DNA of 64,000 nucleotides from Nemertoderma westbladi (Eukaryota; Animalia; Xenacoelomorpha). The stretch lies in assembly GCA_032718475.1 (NCBI GenBank), contig JAUCBJ010004524.1:22894-86893 (forward strand), in the 5' to 3' direction. Under the pieces are notes generated by a model. That model was not told the origin of the DNA and made no database searches. It saw nothing but the letters and a program-made list of their open reading frames with translations. Position numbers and translations under genes: made by a program. Of this stretch, positions 11,552 to 25,680 are shown one piece after another. The first letter of the stretch is position 1; every line of letters begins with the position of its first letter.

Positions 11552-14459
11552 GTGGCTGGTTGCGAGAAAAGGGACCTGGGGAAAAAATGTTCATTCTGAG
11601 AAAAACGTGTTTATAGTTTGGCTCTTAACCCTATTAAACCCGGGGGGGGGTCAATATGACCCCCCCCCCCCGTGGTTTTTTTATTATAATTCTGATACAA
11701 ACGCAGTTGGGAATCTGAAATTCTATCACTTTTCCTAAAAATCTATTGTCTTCCTAGTAGTGAAAACCGTTTTCAAAAATATTGGGTACTTTTCGAGTTA
11801 TAGCACCATTTTTTAACCCTACTTTTGGCACTTTTTTTGAGACGTTTTTTGAAAATTACATTTCATTAAATATGAATTGTAACATCTCTATTTTTGATTT
11901 ACACCGGTTTTTTGGTGTTAGAAATTTGATGGAATTCATATAAATTGATTTAGAAATTTCAAACTTGTTTTTTTCGGTGGGTGCCAAATTTTGGTGCCAG
12001 CACCAAATTTTGAATTATGTCAATTTTGTAAATTGATTGTTTGAAACTTGTTTTTTACGCAATTGGGGTTTTTTGGGGTTCTGGATTCGATGAAATATAT
12101 ACGAGTTGCACCAAGCGTATCAAACTTGTATTTTTTGGTGCTGTGTGCAAATTTTGGTGCTAGCACGAAATTTTGAAAATTAATTCGATAGATAAAATTG
12201 CTTGTGACAATTTATTTCTTGTGTTTTAGAGGTTTATGGCTGTTCTGAATTCAATGGAATAAATAATTATCGAACTAGACATCTCAAACTTGTATTTTTC
12301 GGATGTGGGTGCAAAATGTGGTGCTAGCACCAAATTTTGAAAACCATCAAATATATCAATTGATTGTGTCACCTTGTTTCTTGCGTTATACGGGTTTGTG
12401 ATGGTTCTGAATTCAATGGAATCAGTAAAAATTTCATAATAGTTCTCAAACTGGTATTTTTCGCCAGTGGGTGAAAATTGTTGTGCCAGCACCAAATTTT
12501 GGAAAATATGCAAATTTATCAGTAGATAGTATCACCTTGTTTCTTGCGTTATACGGGTTTATGAGGGTCCTGAATCCGATGGAATCCATAAAAACAGCAC
12601 TGGACATCGCAAACTTGTACTTTTTGGTGATGGGTACGAAATTTGGTGCTAGCACCAAAATTTGCCAAATTACGCCGAAAAATGCAAGTATCAATGATCT
12701 GGCATATTAGAAATGTATTCCATTAGAATCATCGCCCTCGAAAACCTGAAAATGTGAATTTATAGCATCGTATAAGTGAATTAAAAATTTTGTGTTCTAC
12801 CTGAAAAGTGCTGGTTACTTGTTTTTTTCATTTTTTTCCTACGCAGAGAGGACTAAACGGCCATTTATAGTAATCATATCATTTTTAAATATTTTCCAAT
12901 GTATTTTGCACCCCAGAAAACCTGTATTGAAAAATAATTAGCCGAAAATGTAACTTTCAAATTTTGTGAAAATTGTGAACTACTTGTAATTTTGGTGCTG
13001 CAATATAACCACCCCAGTACATTTTTTCGAAAATTTTTTTTTTCGGTCGGATCCAGACAAGTGATACCTACGTACAAACAAAAAATCAGACGTTTTCGTA
13101 AATATTTGTAGATTTTAGAGGGGGGGGTCAATATGACCCCCTCCCGGTATTTGTACAGCATTTTATAGCCCGGTACTAATAGGGTTAAAATCGACTGTTT
13201 TCATTGGTTTATTGGTCTTTATTGGGGTGTTTGCATTGGTTTATTGGTCGTTATTGGGGTGTTTGCATTGGTTTATTGGTCGTTATTGGGTTTTATGAGA
13301 GCGAAATTCAAACTGTATTATTTTAATAATAGTACTAAGTACTGTACACACTTGTTTTTTAGATTATCGTAGAATATCTGTAGCCTATTTGGTTAGTTAT
13401 TGTACAAACAAGTTAATACACTAATAATTTAGAATTTATTATGGAAACTGAAGCAGAGTGGCCGAACCTATTAAATAATAGGGTTTTCTAGGTCGCTGAT
13501 CACGAAAAACTTGTTAAAAATATTTTTTGGAAAAGCAACCATCATTTTTTGTGCTATTTTGGTCCCCCAGTATGAAAAGTACAAGTAAAAAAGTGTCAAA
13601 ATAAAAACATTTGTGTTTGGTTTGATAATTCTGAACGCACGTGTTTTCGAGGGCGCTGATTACGATGAAACTAGTTTTAAATATTTCTGGTAATGCAAAC
13701 CCAATTTTGGTGCTATTCTAGTGCCCCAGAACGAAAATTACAAGTAGTACAAACTTATAAACTGTCAAAATATGCCTTTGGTTTGGTAATTCAGAAGCTA
13801 TACTGGTTTTCAAGGTAGCTGATCACGATACAACACGTTACAAATCATTCGTGGTAACGCAACTGTCAATTTTGGTGCTTGTCTGGTGGGACGAAAATTA
13901 CAAGTAGCAAACATTTCAAATTGAAAAAAGCGAATTTGGTTGGATAATACGATATTTTTGAGTGTCATATTCGTGATCAGTGTCCCAGAAAACCCATAAT
14001 GTCTAAAATTTAGGTTGATGTGGTAATGATTTTTGGTTATCAAACTTTTGCTACTTGTATTTTTCGTGCCGCACATTGACACATATCGAAAAAATTATTT
14101 TAATTCGTGATCAGCTTTCAAAAAAACCATATGTTCATAAAATCAATTTAATTTTGTGGTCATTTTTCATTATCATATTTGCACTACGATTTTTTTCGTG
14201 CCCCAAAGGACACGAAATAAACGGCCAAATACCTGAGATGGGTGCCAGAAAGGGACAACATCATAAAATTACCATTGGTTGCGAGAAAAGGGAACTGCGT
14301 TTTTTATTTTTTGTTTAAACACTCATAACTTTTTAACGAAAAACGATATGAAAAAGCTAGTTCGATATTCGGAAAGCCCAGAAAATTCCGCATCTAATAG
14401 GCCTAAAAACACAAAATCGACCATGTGGTCCCGAGGTCCCTTTTCTCGCAACCAGCCAC
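11552..14459. mobile_element. Non-autonomous DNA transposon with 26-bp TIRs (superfamily unassigned), host of the nested TTAA element
   Basis: GTGGCTGGTTGCGAGAAAAGGGACCT at 11552 and its exact reverse complement ending at 14459; internal partial copy at 14277; internal direct/inverted GCTGATCACGA repeats. Confidence 0.8.
11629..13184. mobile_element. piggyBac-like non-autonomous element (TTAA target) with internal ~162-bp tandem repeats
   Basis: TTAA|CCCTATTA ... TAATAGGG|TTAA; subterminal palindromes GGGGGTCAATATGACCCCC at both ends; AAACTTGT..TTTT..GGTGC.AGCACCAAA units at ~11961, 12122, 12286, 12448 and 12611. Confidence 0.8.
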
Positions 14460-14883
14460 CTTGTGTTGATTTTAATATGTAGCTAGAGCTTAAGGTAGCA
14501 AGTTATTTTTAAAGTGATAAAAAATAATTTTTCTTAAAATGCTCCACTTACTTCTAGAATGCGGTACATTCTGCATTTACGCACTTAAATTGCTAAGCAA
14601 TCTTCTAGTTAAATTAAATTGATCTAGGATTCCTAGTAAGAAAGCTAGGTATACTCTAGAACAATTAATTTAAGGAAACATTTCACAACTATATACATTT
14701 CAGTAATACACTAAACTAAAACAAACTACATAAATAGCCTGGATGGAAATATCAATTCTGAGCGGCAATGCTGCCCTCGTCATTGGAAATGCCACCCAAT
14801 TGGAAATGCCACCCACACCAACCATCGGGTTATTCGGTAACGGATGGTATGCCTATCCCGTGTAGACTGCAAAGTAGCCCTAA

Positions 14884-15260
14884 TGGCCTGTTTACACGTG
14901 GCCACTTTTAGACCAACTTTCTCGGCAACTAGAAACTTTTTTTGGAGCAACTTAATTTAATCGCTGTTTACACGTGGCAACTTTACCAGCAACTTGGCCG
15001 GCAACTTTTACAGCAATTTGGCTAGTTTGACTGTAAAATAGTGGGTAATTTTATCTACTAGCTAATTTTTGATAATTTGATTTGATTATCCCGCTTTATT
15101 TAATTCGCCAACCCAAATTCCTTCAAGTTGCTGTAAAAGTTGAGCAACTTTTACGGCAACTTTTTTACGTGTTTACACGGAGCAACTTGATCGGCAACCT
15201 GGGTTGCTCTACAAGTTGCCGAGAAAGTTGTTCTAAAAGTTGCAACGTGTAAACAGGCCT
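14884..15260. mobile_element. PIF/Harbinger-like MITE
   Basis: Long TIRs GGCCTGTTTACACGT.GC.ACTTTTAGA.CAACTTTCTCGGCAACT and reverse complement; TAA/TTA flanks; internal GCAACTT repeats. Confidence 0.75.
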
Positions 15261-18200
15261 TTATAATGCAATTACGTTTAGATTGATTTCATCAGCTCTA
15301 ATCTGTATATTAATTAGTGCAGTGCATTTATTTAGTTAACGTTTCTAATAAATAAACTACAACAAATAGCTACCATACAATGCACTACCGGTAGCTACCT
15401 ACATTTACTACACAAAACAAAAACAACGCAAGCTAACAGATTTGAAGAATCATTAATCATATGCAAAAAAATAGAATCAAAAGCATCATCAATAGAAATA
15501 GCAAAATCAAGCATTATACAAGCATTTATAAAACTGTACGTATATGCTTGTTGTATTTTTCAAATAGCGGTCTTCTAATTTATTATAGACTTTGAAACTT
15601 ATATTTGTTCCATTAGGTAAATTTTGTATAATTATGGTGCATTGAAATCACTTCGTTTCTCTCAAGTGCAGTATCCCTTCAAGTTGGTCTAAATATGTCA
15701 TGTTAGTTTCATGTCAGTAGGATACTGGACTTGAGAGAAACGAAATTGCGACAACTATGGAGAATCAGGAAGCCTGGAATCTCATTTCCACTGTCCGAGC
15801 TCGCTCGACCTAGTAGTAGTATAGTAGAAATCACTTGCCATAATCTATCTATGTGTTGCACGAATCGGTTGGTTTCGTTTCGTTTCATTTTTTAGATGTG
15901 CAGACTGACTAATTACTCTTACTATAACTCTTCATGTTCATTGTGTATTTTCCATCTTTTTCCTGAACTTTTAATTATGTACGCAAACAGACATAAACAA
16001 GCACTACAAAAATACCCCTGTATATATTCCTAGAACCCCTTCATAATTGTGATGAAATTTGAAAAAGCTAACAATGATGAAAGCTGAGATAAAGTTATTG
16101 AAGTTATATTTAAGTTAGTCAGTCAGTACATATGGACTTAGTTTGAAATTATGTAATTCATTTGCAATTTTAACATTAATATCTAAAAATAAACCTGTAT
16201 GATACTTTATAATTTGCCCAATGTCAGCGAAATAATTGACGAATTTCATTTACATCGATACACAATGTTTGATTGCGTGAGTGTTTAATTGAAGTCATGT
16301 ACTTTTAATAGTCACATAACTTATATTATTATCTGTCTTGACGTACAGTTCCAATGTTCACCAATTATTATGCTGTGTTAAAGCCAACAGTTTCATTGAG
16401 ACCTTCCAAAATCTATTCTGTCAGTAAGTCTCTGCCTCATTTTGACATTTCAGAAAACATAACTTGATTAAAGACATAAGAGTCTAGCAATCTGGTGTGG
16501 TGGTGGTAATGGGACAAGTGTGCTTGCCTGTAAACTGAGCCCGCCTCTTTATATATATTTATTTAAGTAGGTTATCTGTGCCCGCATGACATGTGTGGTT
16601 GAAAGACTTGTGTGTTCTGGAGAAGTATGTCGGTTCAGCTGCCAGACATGTGCGCAAGAAACAGAAATATATATGTCTACTGCAATTTTCTAGTTTGGTT
16701 ATACTCTATGAATAATTGGTTCTCGTGTATGGTTTACAAAATGTAGTTCCATCAGTGTTATCCATGCCAATAGGTAATGTAATTTCAGTAAATATTACAT
16801 ATCACATGGCAATGAATTCCCACACTAATGAACAATTTACTTTCACACATATAAATTATAAAATAAAGTTGACTTTATACTATCACATCTTATCTCCATT
16901 TCTTTAATTTTATTTATATCATTATATTATTCTATTATTATTATATTATTATTCGGTTATATCCAAGTCGGGTCCAATAAGACCGTGACTAAATTGGTTG
17001 TAGAAACCATGACAGTTATAATGACCAGTTTTTTATATACTGTATATATGTATATATATATATATATCGATATTGTTATAATTTTAAATACATAAATTAA
17101 TAAAATCTCGCATATAACTTATAATCATATGAATAATAATGGTTGATTCAGTTCACCATATCATTATAGAGTCAATATAGCATAAAAAACAAAAGGAACA
17201 ACACCCGAACCACATTTTTTGGATTCTATACTACCTTGTTAATGGCCTGAAAAGTCGATGAAAATTTCATCTACGGTTTGTATAATTCTATACATTCATA
17301 ACAATTTTCTATATAAACGGGCTGGCGTTAGGGCAACAGAATTAGCAGCGAGCGTATTCAGTGGAAATGGGGAGCATTACGAGATTTGACCAAGCGCAGA
17401 TTACCGGAATTTAATTATTTCTGTTCCATTCTTAAAGTTTCCTGAGGTGGGGCCTTAGGTGGTTGAAATATATCGTGACATTTTTGTATATACTTAACAA
17501 ATTAATAGCTTAAGCTTAATAAACTAAAATTATTAACTTATTATAATATGAAAAACACAATTAAAATATTTGCACATATAAAAGTGTGCTATGGCATGAA
17601 GCCATTCGTTTAACCTTATATCACGCTGTATCAAACACAAATGAGAGAACAATATTTCGAACGGCAGGTAAACCGATTCTGATTCTTTTTCCCTATAAAA
17701 CGTATTTTCTATTTTACGTTCTTATACTGTTTTTAGTACGATCCAAATTGTATTATAGTGTAAAAGTGGGAAAATTCTTAAACTTTGGATATGATTTCTG
17801 AGTTAATTATTATATGTAAAATTTTCAAAACAAAACAAGAAACTTTCATAATTTCAACAAATTTGACAAAGGCGTACAGATAGCCTGATAATGCCGATTC
17901 CATTCGAACTAAAAAACTGAGTGCATGTGCAATGCCTTCCTATTACTCCGCATATGTAAGTTTCTTAAAATACATTACAGTGATGGTGAAAGGATAAAGG
18001 TTAGTGCACTCCTGGAGCCTCGAAGCTGTCTGAAACAAATGGGATATAACCTAATCCATACCAAACCATCACCACAGTCACACTCTCTGTATTGGGTTAA
18101 TACCTCTGGGAACATCCTGAGCTGACGAAAGAGGGTTGGTGATTTGAAACAGGCTAACCGTTCAATAGTATATAGGCCAAAGGCCAGTCAACAATAATGT

Positions 18201-18683
18201 AAGGAAGTTAATAATTTCGTTGACAGTGTGCAGTGAGTGATTGATTTCAGTTTAGGCATATGCATTATGCACACTACAGGGAGTACTTCAATTTCAAAGA
18301 ATCTCACACACTTAATACTTCATAAATCAACCAAATCTACAATAACACACAAATCGCATTACCAAACAGGAAGTATTACCTGCTCTGTAATATTTACTGT
18401 AAATTTTCTATGAGTTTAGTAAACATTTAGATGTCAAATAATCTCCCTCACTCACATCCCTTCTTGAAATCGTTAATTAAACAATAAATACAATAATACT
18501 AAAGAAATGCATTTCAAAGACGTGTCTAAGAGAATGACTTCAGAAAATTGTTCACCATAATGATTTTAAATGACGGCAAAAATAACTCATTAAATTAACC
18601 AGTAAAACGAATCATGTAATTCAATTGTAAAATAGGAAAACCCTAGACCCCTCCTGTGTGGCTCCCCTCATTTCATTGATAAG

Positions 18684-18858
18684 CCCAAACCCACAGCGTC
18701 TTCAAACCCCAAACCCACAGCGTCTTCAAACCCCAAACCCACAGCGTCTTCAAACCCCAAACCCACAGCGTCTTCAAACCCCAAACCCACAGCGTCTTCA
18801 AACCCCAAACCCACAGCGTCTTCAAACCCCAAACCCACAGCGTCTTCAAACCCCAAAC
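18684..18858. repeat. 24-bp minisatellite, ~7 copies
   Basis: CCCAAACCCACAGCGTCTTCAAAC perfect repeats. Confidence 0.97.
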
Positions 18859-18917
18859 CACTTCGCCATTTGAAACGTGAACCCCGAATACAATGCCCAC
18901 TCGCTCTGACTATTGCG

Positions 18918-19467
18918 AACATTATCCTAGCCCTCACCCAGCCCATAACATTATCCTAGCCCTCACCCAGCCCATAACATTATCCTAGCCCTCACCCAGC
19001 CCATAACATTATCCTAGCCCTCACCCAGCCCATAACATTATCCTAGCCCTCACCCAGCCCATAACATTATCCTAGCCCTCACCCAGCCCATAACATTATC
19101 CTAGCCCTCACCCAGCCCATAACATTATCCTAGCCCTCACCCAGCCCATAACATTATCCTAGCCCTCACCCAGCCCATAACATTATCCTAGCCCTCACCC
19201 AGCCCATAACATTATCCTAGCCCTCACCCAGCCCATAACATTATCCTAGCCCTCACCCAGCCCATAACATTATCCTAGCCCTCACCCAGCCCATAACATT
19301 ATCCTAGCCCTCACCCAGCCCATAACATTATCCTAGCCCTCACCCAGCCCATAACATTATCCTAGCCCTCACCCAGCCCATAACATTATCCTAGCCCTCA
19401 CCCAGCCCATAACATTATCCTAGCCCTCACCCAGCCCATAACATTATCCTAGCCCTCACCCAGCCCA
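18918..19467. repeat. 29-bp minisatellite, ~19 copies
   Basis: AACATTATCCTAGCCCTCACCCAGCCCAT perfect repeats. Confidence 0.97.
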
Positions 19468-21115
19468 AAACATCTCCGTAACCCTTTCCCCACTTTCCTG
19501 CAAGTTTTTCATGGTTTTCATAAAGCGACTTGCTTCCCTTCCACATATGCCATCGACAGAGTAAACCATGGGAGTGAAGGTGGCTCTCCTCTCCGCACAA
19601 GCGCGCTGGTACTTGCGGGATTTGGCAGCTAATGCTTCTGCTAGCACTGAAGAAATTCTGCGTCCACGGTATGACTGGCCGTCCAGGTTCTTAACCTTGA
19701 AATCAAACAACGCCTCAGTCTGTGGCCACCACACGCCCCTTACTCTCAGGTCAGCCCGAAGACCTGGGTCACCACTCCCTACATCTGCCTAGCGAATCAT
19801 TATTAATATTCAATTACAATAGTTGCACACATATGCTGCAGTTCCAATAAATTGAATTTTTTGAACGAAAATTTATGAAAAAATTGTGCATCCCGTCAAA
19901 TTTTTCCGTACTTAGAAAAAAAGTGCTTGTTTTTTTAATATTTACTTAAGTATATTTATTTTTTGGGTAAAATTAAACGTCAATAAATTCTTATTGCTCC
20001 ACAATGATTTACTAAATTCTAATGAATACACTTTCATTACTGTCCAATGTTAATGTTCAATAAATAGTATATTTGAAGAAGAATAACGGAATATTGGATA
20101 ATTGGATAATTGGTCTACTAGACTGCAGTTACATTGCTTAAAATAATTTAATAGTTTGCTGTTTAGTTAATAATAAACTAAAGTACAACACAAGTGACAT
20201 TTTTCCAATATTTAATTAATGTGAGACACTTTAGGTTTATTACGTCAGCCAACCCTGGGTGCTTGTAACCAACCATCTGGTTCCTAGAATGCTGTCAATA
20301 ATTGTCACAACCAATGTGAATAACTATAGATCGCAGTCCAAAAAGTAATCGGCTCTACATATCCCCACAAGTCTCAGCATGGCAGAATACTAAATTCATG
20401 ATTTGATTCTTGTCCGGATATTTTGAGTGTTGCCCCCATATGTTTGACTGTTCAGAAACTTGACAGAATTACTTTTACGACTGCGATCTTCTGATATTCT
20501 CATTGTTTGTGGCTTTTTTTGATAATGGCCTACCGTTTTTTGACTGCGCATGAGTGATATCACCATTTTTAAGAATTGTCACAAATTCCACTTATCCAGA
20601 GGGGGCACATATGTTTGGGGAATTTGAGGAAGCTGCCATAGGGTCATGGTGTTATTCAGGGAATTTTACAGTGCAGGCAAAAATATTGTTAAACGTTGCA
20701 TGCTGACCGACGCGACAGTCACCTGAGGGGAAAAGCATCAGCTGATCGGATAAATCATAAAAGGAGAAAGAAATGGGAATTAAATGATGTACATAACTAC
20801 TGGGATGCAGCGAAGCAAACTAGCGCCAAACGCGTTTCTTCTTGCTGAGGACTGGCCTGTGAGAGCGTATACAAAACATTATCAACTTTTACAAACATTC
20901 TCAACTTTTACAACAATGCTGTAATGGGTACCGTGCAATTACTTTCAGCTGACTGTCGTAAGCTGATTCTGATTGCTTGCTATATGCTTGCTTGCTATAT
21001 ATATGCTTTCTAGATTTGTACAGATTCGGCTTGCATACCTAGCTACTGGTAAGTTTTTTTACTTAACGTGTTTGAATAATAACATTTATGTGGCATCAAT
21101 AATACCACCGTGCGT

Positions 21116-21245
21116 GATATAAGCCCAGCCAGATATAGGCCCAGCCAGATATAGGCCCAGCCAGATATAGGCCCAGCCAGATATAGGCCCAGCCAGATAT
21201 AGGCCCAGCCAGATATAGGCCCAGCCAGATATAGGCCCAGCCAGC
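21116..21245. repeat. 16-bp minisatellite, ~8 copies
   Basis: GCCCAGCCAGATATAG repeats. Confidence 0.95.
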
Positions 21246-24200
21246 TGTCTACTTTAAGAATTTTGTGATAAATTAAATAAAAATTAATTGTAGATCTCAA
21301 CCAGCACCGCCCTGCATACAAAACTATTGAGTATCAGCTGTGCTGGCCCACGGCAAAGGTGAATTGTGGATTTACATTACTGATAACGAACCGTTCTGCA
21401 TAGCCGTGAACTGTTCTGCATCGCTTGGTTCATTGTGCAGTGGCAATTAGTTTGTAATGGCTTCACTTATTGCGTGGATCACATTTCATTGCCGTAAATG
21501 AGTGTACTGAGTTATAATTAATTTAATTTAATATTAGAAAACAAAAACATAAACAATAAAATAAATAAAACAAATACAATTATTTTGTATATGGTTAAAT
21601 ATAATTATTATTATAAATAATAAAAATTAGAAATATAATAATTATTATTGAAAAATAATTATTATTGAAAAATAATTATGTTTATTGAAATATAATAATT
21701 AGTATTTAAATATAATTATTTTTATAGAAATATAATAATTAGTATTAAAATATAATTGTTATTATGGAAATATATTAATTATTATTATTAAATTATAATT
21801 ATTGTATAAAGGAGCATATTTAGATTGGAAATGTTTTATACTGTGAAACAATACTGTAAAATACTGTATGTCCCTGGATCGTAATTAAATGTAACTTCCA
21901 GTCTGCCAGTACTCCTAAAGCAGTACCGGAATACAGTTAGTAGTTTCAGTAGTTTCCATACCAAGTTAGAAAAGAAAGAATCACAAGAGAGCGAATGTAT
22001 TAGGCCTACTTTTCTCACTAGGTTTGGCAAATTTAAGTTACTGAAATGATACCAAGTATATTAATTGCAATTTCTATATTCGAAAATATATGCATTGTAA
22101 TTTCTAATTTGATGTTATAGTTGTGCCTATTGCCGCATTATTTTTATTGGTGTTTAATTTTTCATAAACTATTTTTCATTTTCGCGATCAACTTTAAATA
22201 ACTAAAAAATTTAAAAAAAAATAAATTAAAAAACTAATAGTTATAGAATAGGTAATAGTCACGGTAATCACAAACAAGCCATTAAAAGTTTCTCATAAAA
22301 ATAGTATAATAATATCATATTTTGAAGGACAAACAACAGTATTTCAAATTATATAACTCCTTTCTAAACAATACAAACCCATTATTGGTTGATTCAGATT
22401 CAATTCTAACCAACCAGGACAGCGGAACCCACTTGTATTACTGGTTGACAGCTTCCCTTACTTCAAAGGCTCACTCAATCTTCCCGTGGAAAATAAATAT
22501 TTGGTGCATTATAGTGGTAACATGTTGACAAAATATCCACGGGCATTGATTGCCATGACAAGACTATGAAGATGGGAAACTAATGCACCACATTTAATGA
22601 ACTCTGCTACACCCATAGCTTGTGTTATTTATTGTACATAATTATTCAGAATGCACAGCCAGCTTTGAAAATATTTAGGCATCGGTTTCAACTAAATCAC
22701 ATTGTTAAATTTTGATGGTAACTTTTCTGTTATTTTTCCTCAAAACTGTGTGATCCTCCAACGGGACTATTAATGATTTAAGTCGGGTACGTTAAAAGGG
22801 CAATAGGGGAGTTGATAATGTAATTTTGAGATTTAAAATGAGGTATTATGGAGCGGCTTAGCGAAAGAAATTGTTACAAAAGTGACAAACAAAGAATGAA
22901 CAGTTTTTGCGAGTACCTCTTGGTATATTCACTATTGGTGGGAATTTACCCAAATTTGGAGCAAGCAAACTTACGTAAGGCCACACTGACTATCAACTAA
23001 CTGAACTTTGCAATTATAAAGAGTTTTATCATTTGGCTTTTACTATAAAGGAATTTTCGAAAGGAGTTTCGCAAATTATCTACTCACCTAGAGAATGTAA
23101 CCCAACCCATCACATTTCTAATCCTCAAAAATTTGTTATAAAACATGTGATACTATTTACAAATTGTATGCCACTTCTAGTTACCAAAATTAAATATAGC
23201 AATTAGTGAACATTAAAGTTCAAAAAATTTAACATTAAACTGAATGTTCAAAATAATTGAGCATTAAAAAAGTTAAAATTGTACTCAACAAATTTATTGG
23301 TTTGTATTATGCCAATTTCTTTAGTACCCATAGTGCCATAGTTACTCACAAAAAACTTTTGGCACTACTGCCACTTTTGTAAATTTAATTTAATTCCCGG
23401 ATAACTTCCCAGGTAATTAATTACCTTCTCGAAAGGACAATAATACCCGAGCTTTTACCTTCCCGAGTAACTTCCCGAAGTCTTATCTTCCGGGTCTTGC
23501 GCATCTCTCAAGGAATTACTTAACCGGTTCTAAATATAAAGGAAATTTAATTTCATATAAAAATAAGGTCACTTGCTAAAACTCCAGATTCCAATTAGAT
23601 TGTTGTGGAAATAGGACGGCTTCTAATGTTATTTGTATGAATTTGCAACGCGCTTCGATTCATTTATATCTCATTATTCATATCCTGTCCGAAAAATTGA
23701 CGTTGCTATGTCACCGAGTATATCCACTCAACAAATTATTGCACATAAATAATATATTAGTAAACCCGAAAATGTTAATAAGTGAATAAGCTAAGCTGAC
23801 AGGCATAGTGTGCACATAATGCAAGATAATTAGTGACAAATGATAAATAGAGTATGAAAAGATAATATCGAAAATATAATCTGTTAAAAAATTAATTTTA
23901 TAATTATACAAGAGTTAATGAAGGAAGCAAATGCCCAGGGGAAGTAAAGACTCTGGGGAACAAGTAAGAAGTTACGACATGTTTTCTGGAAGTAGAGTTC
24001 GAGCTAAGTAAGGTTAGAGAGCAGACCATTGTATGCGTCACTAACTCCTCTTATATAAAGCTTCCAATGTTTATGAATAGTTTATGTGCACCCCGGCACA
24101 GTTTGTAGTTCTAGTAAATCGATAATTCGATAAATTATTTTGGTAGCTACAAACTTAAACTTAACCCGCGATAAATCTACGCCAAGGTTTTAATCGCCTT

Positions 24201-25261
24201 CAGAATTAGAAACAATGGCCCATAGAAAATTTTCACCAAAGAAAAATCCTTGCCTCATAAATAATTACGACCTTATGTTGATATTGTTTGGGAAGGTTTC
24301 ACCCAACTGCAAACACAATATCATGAAGCATCAATACTTATTTTGGCGGAGGTTGCTCGTGGGAAGAGGTACGACGCAGCCCAAATTCACTTTATAAATT
24401 TATAAATAATTGAAAGTTAATTAAGACATTATGTAGATGATTATGAAACTGTAACCATATAAACAGCCGTTTTTGACTTTAATTGATAAATCAGTGGGCG
24501 AAGATTTCTTTCGGGTGAAGCTTGGACACAACCCAAACTGGGGAAGATTGCCTCCTGGAGAATGGGCGAATGTAAATATATCGAATCTACAAGGCGAACC
24601 AACGCTGTGTCTATTAATTAAACCAACAATTCGTTTCTTATTCGTTTCCCAACACCCCATTGTAGATTTGGTTGTGTAAAACAAAACCTATCGGAGTGTA
24701 CCGAAATGGGAAAGAAATGAGGAAAAATACCGGATATGAAACTGTCCAATTAGTTACATGTGTATTTTGCTGAGATTAATTTTTTCTGCAAAAATCTTTC
24801 CGGATTAGCTATCATAGGCGTATGATATGGTATTTAAATTAAGAATCCAATCCATGTTCGTATAAAACAAGTATACTTGGATTACCGGCCAGCAGATTAA
24901 ACATTTAGTGAGGTAACAAAGCAAAAAATATATTCTATATTATATAATGCAGAGGTAAAGTGTTCCACATTGTCGGTACTGCGACTCAAATAATAATCTC
25001 CATAAGATGTCCCAAGGTTATAGTGTAGCATGAAGTATGTAATGAAAGAAAGGAAATGGGTGTTGATGCTAACCTTTCCACCGCACGTCCAATTATTTTA
25101 TATGTATATTTAATCTTTAATTGGCATTGACCATGAAGGACATGGTTTCAAATTCAAGTTCAAGACTAGAGTAAGGATTGATTAGATGATCAGAGATGCT
25201 AAATAAGGATATATACGTACGTACATAGTTCGATAAAATCCTAGCCGAGATTGCAGAGTCA

Positions 25262-25680
25262 CTGTTTAGTGTCGACGCCACCTGCACCTCCTACGTTCGT
25301 TCAAACCGCTCTGTGGAGATCCTTCTCTCACAGAAAGAACGCGAGAAGAAGGCCCACTACCAGGAGCCCTGTGAGTCGAGGCGGATGAACTTCACCCCCC
25401 TCGTGTGCACCACCGACGGAGTCTGGGGCGCCGAGGGCGAGAAATTCATCCGCCACCTCGCGGACGCACTGGTGGTGAGGAGGGCGGGGATGAGGCAGCG
25501 GGTATTGGGAGCAGTCCTGGGGGCTGTGAGAAGGCGACTGCAGTTCGCCTTATTAAGGGCAAACTCTCTGTGCCTCCGCGGTGGAAGGAGGCCCTGGAGG
25601 GGTCTGGGGTTTGGGGACGGGGCGGGAGTCAGGGATTTGGACAGGGAGATGTACCCCTCTCCCTAACTCCCCTTTAATGT
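25262..25680 (+). mobile_element. 3' fragment of a second CRE-clade non-LTR element
   Basis: EREKKAHYQEPCESRRMNFTPLVCTTDGVWGAEG...RRRLQFALLRANSLCLRGGR; a GC-rich island in AT-rich DNA. Confidence 0.8.

Larger units (their letters stand above)
18650..19790 (-). mobile_element. 3' fragment of a CRE-clade non-LTR retrotransposon (restriction-like endonuclease domain)
   Basis: ADLRVRGVWWPQTEALFDFKV...KSRKY..AC.ERRATFTPMVYSVDGICGREA and MGWVRARIMFAIVRA..CIRGSR motifs. Confidence 0.8.

Noticed and set aside
18122-18156. CTGACGA...GAAAC hammerhead-like spacing
   Set aside because: Stem II and stem I cannot pair convincingly.
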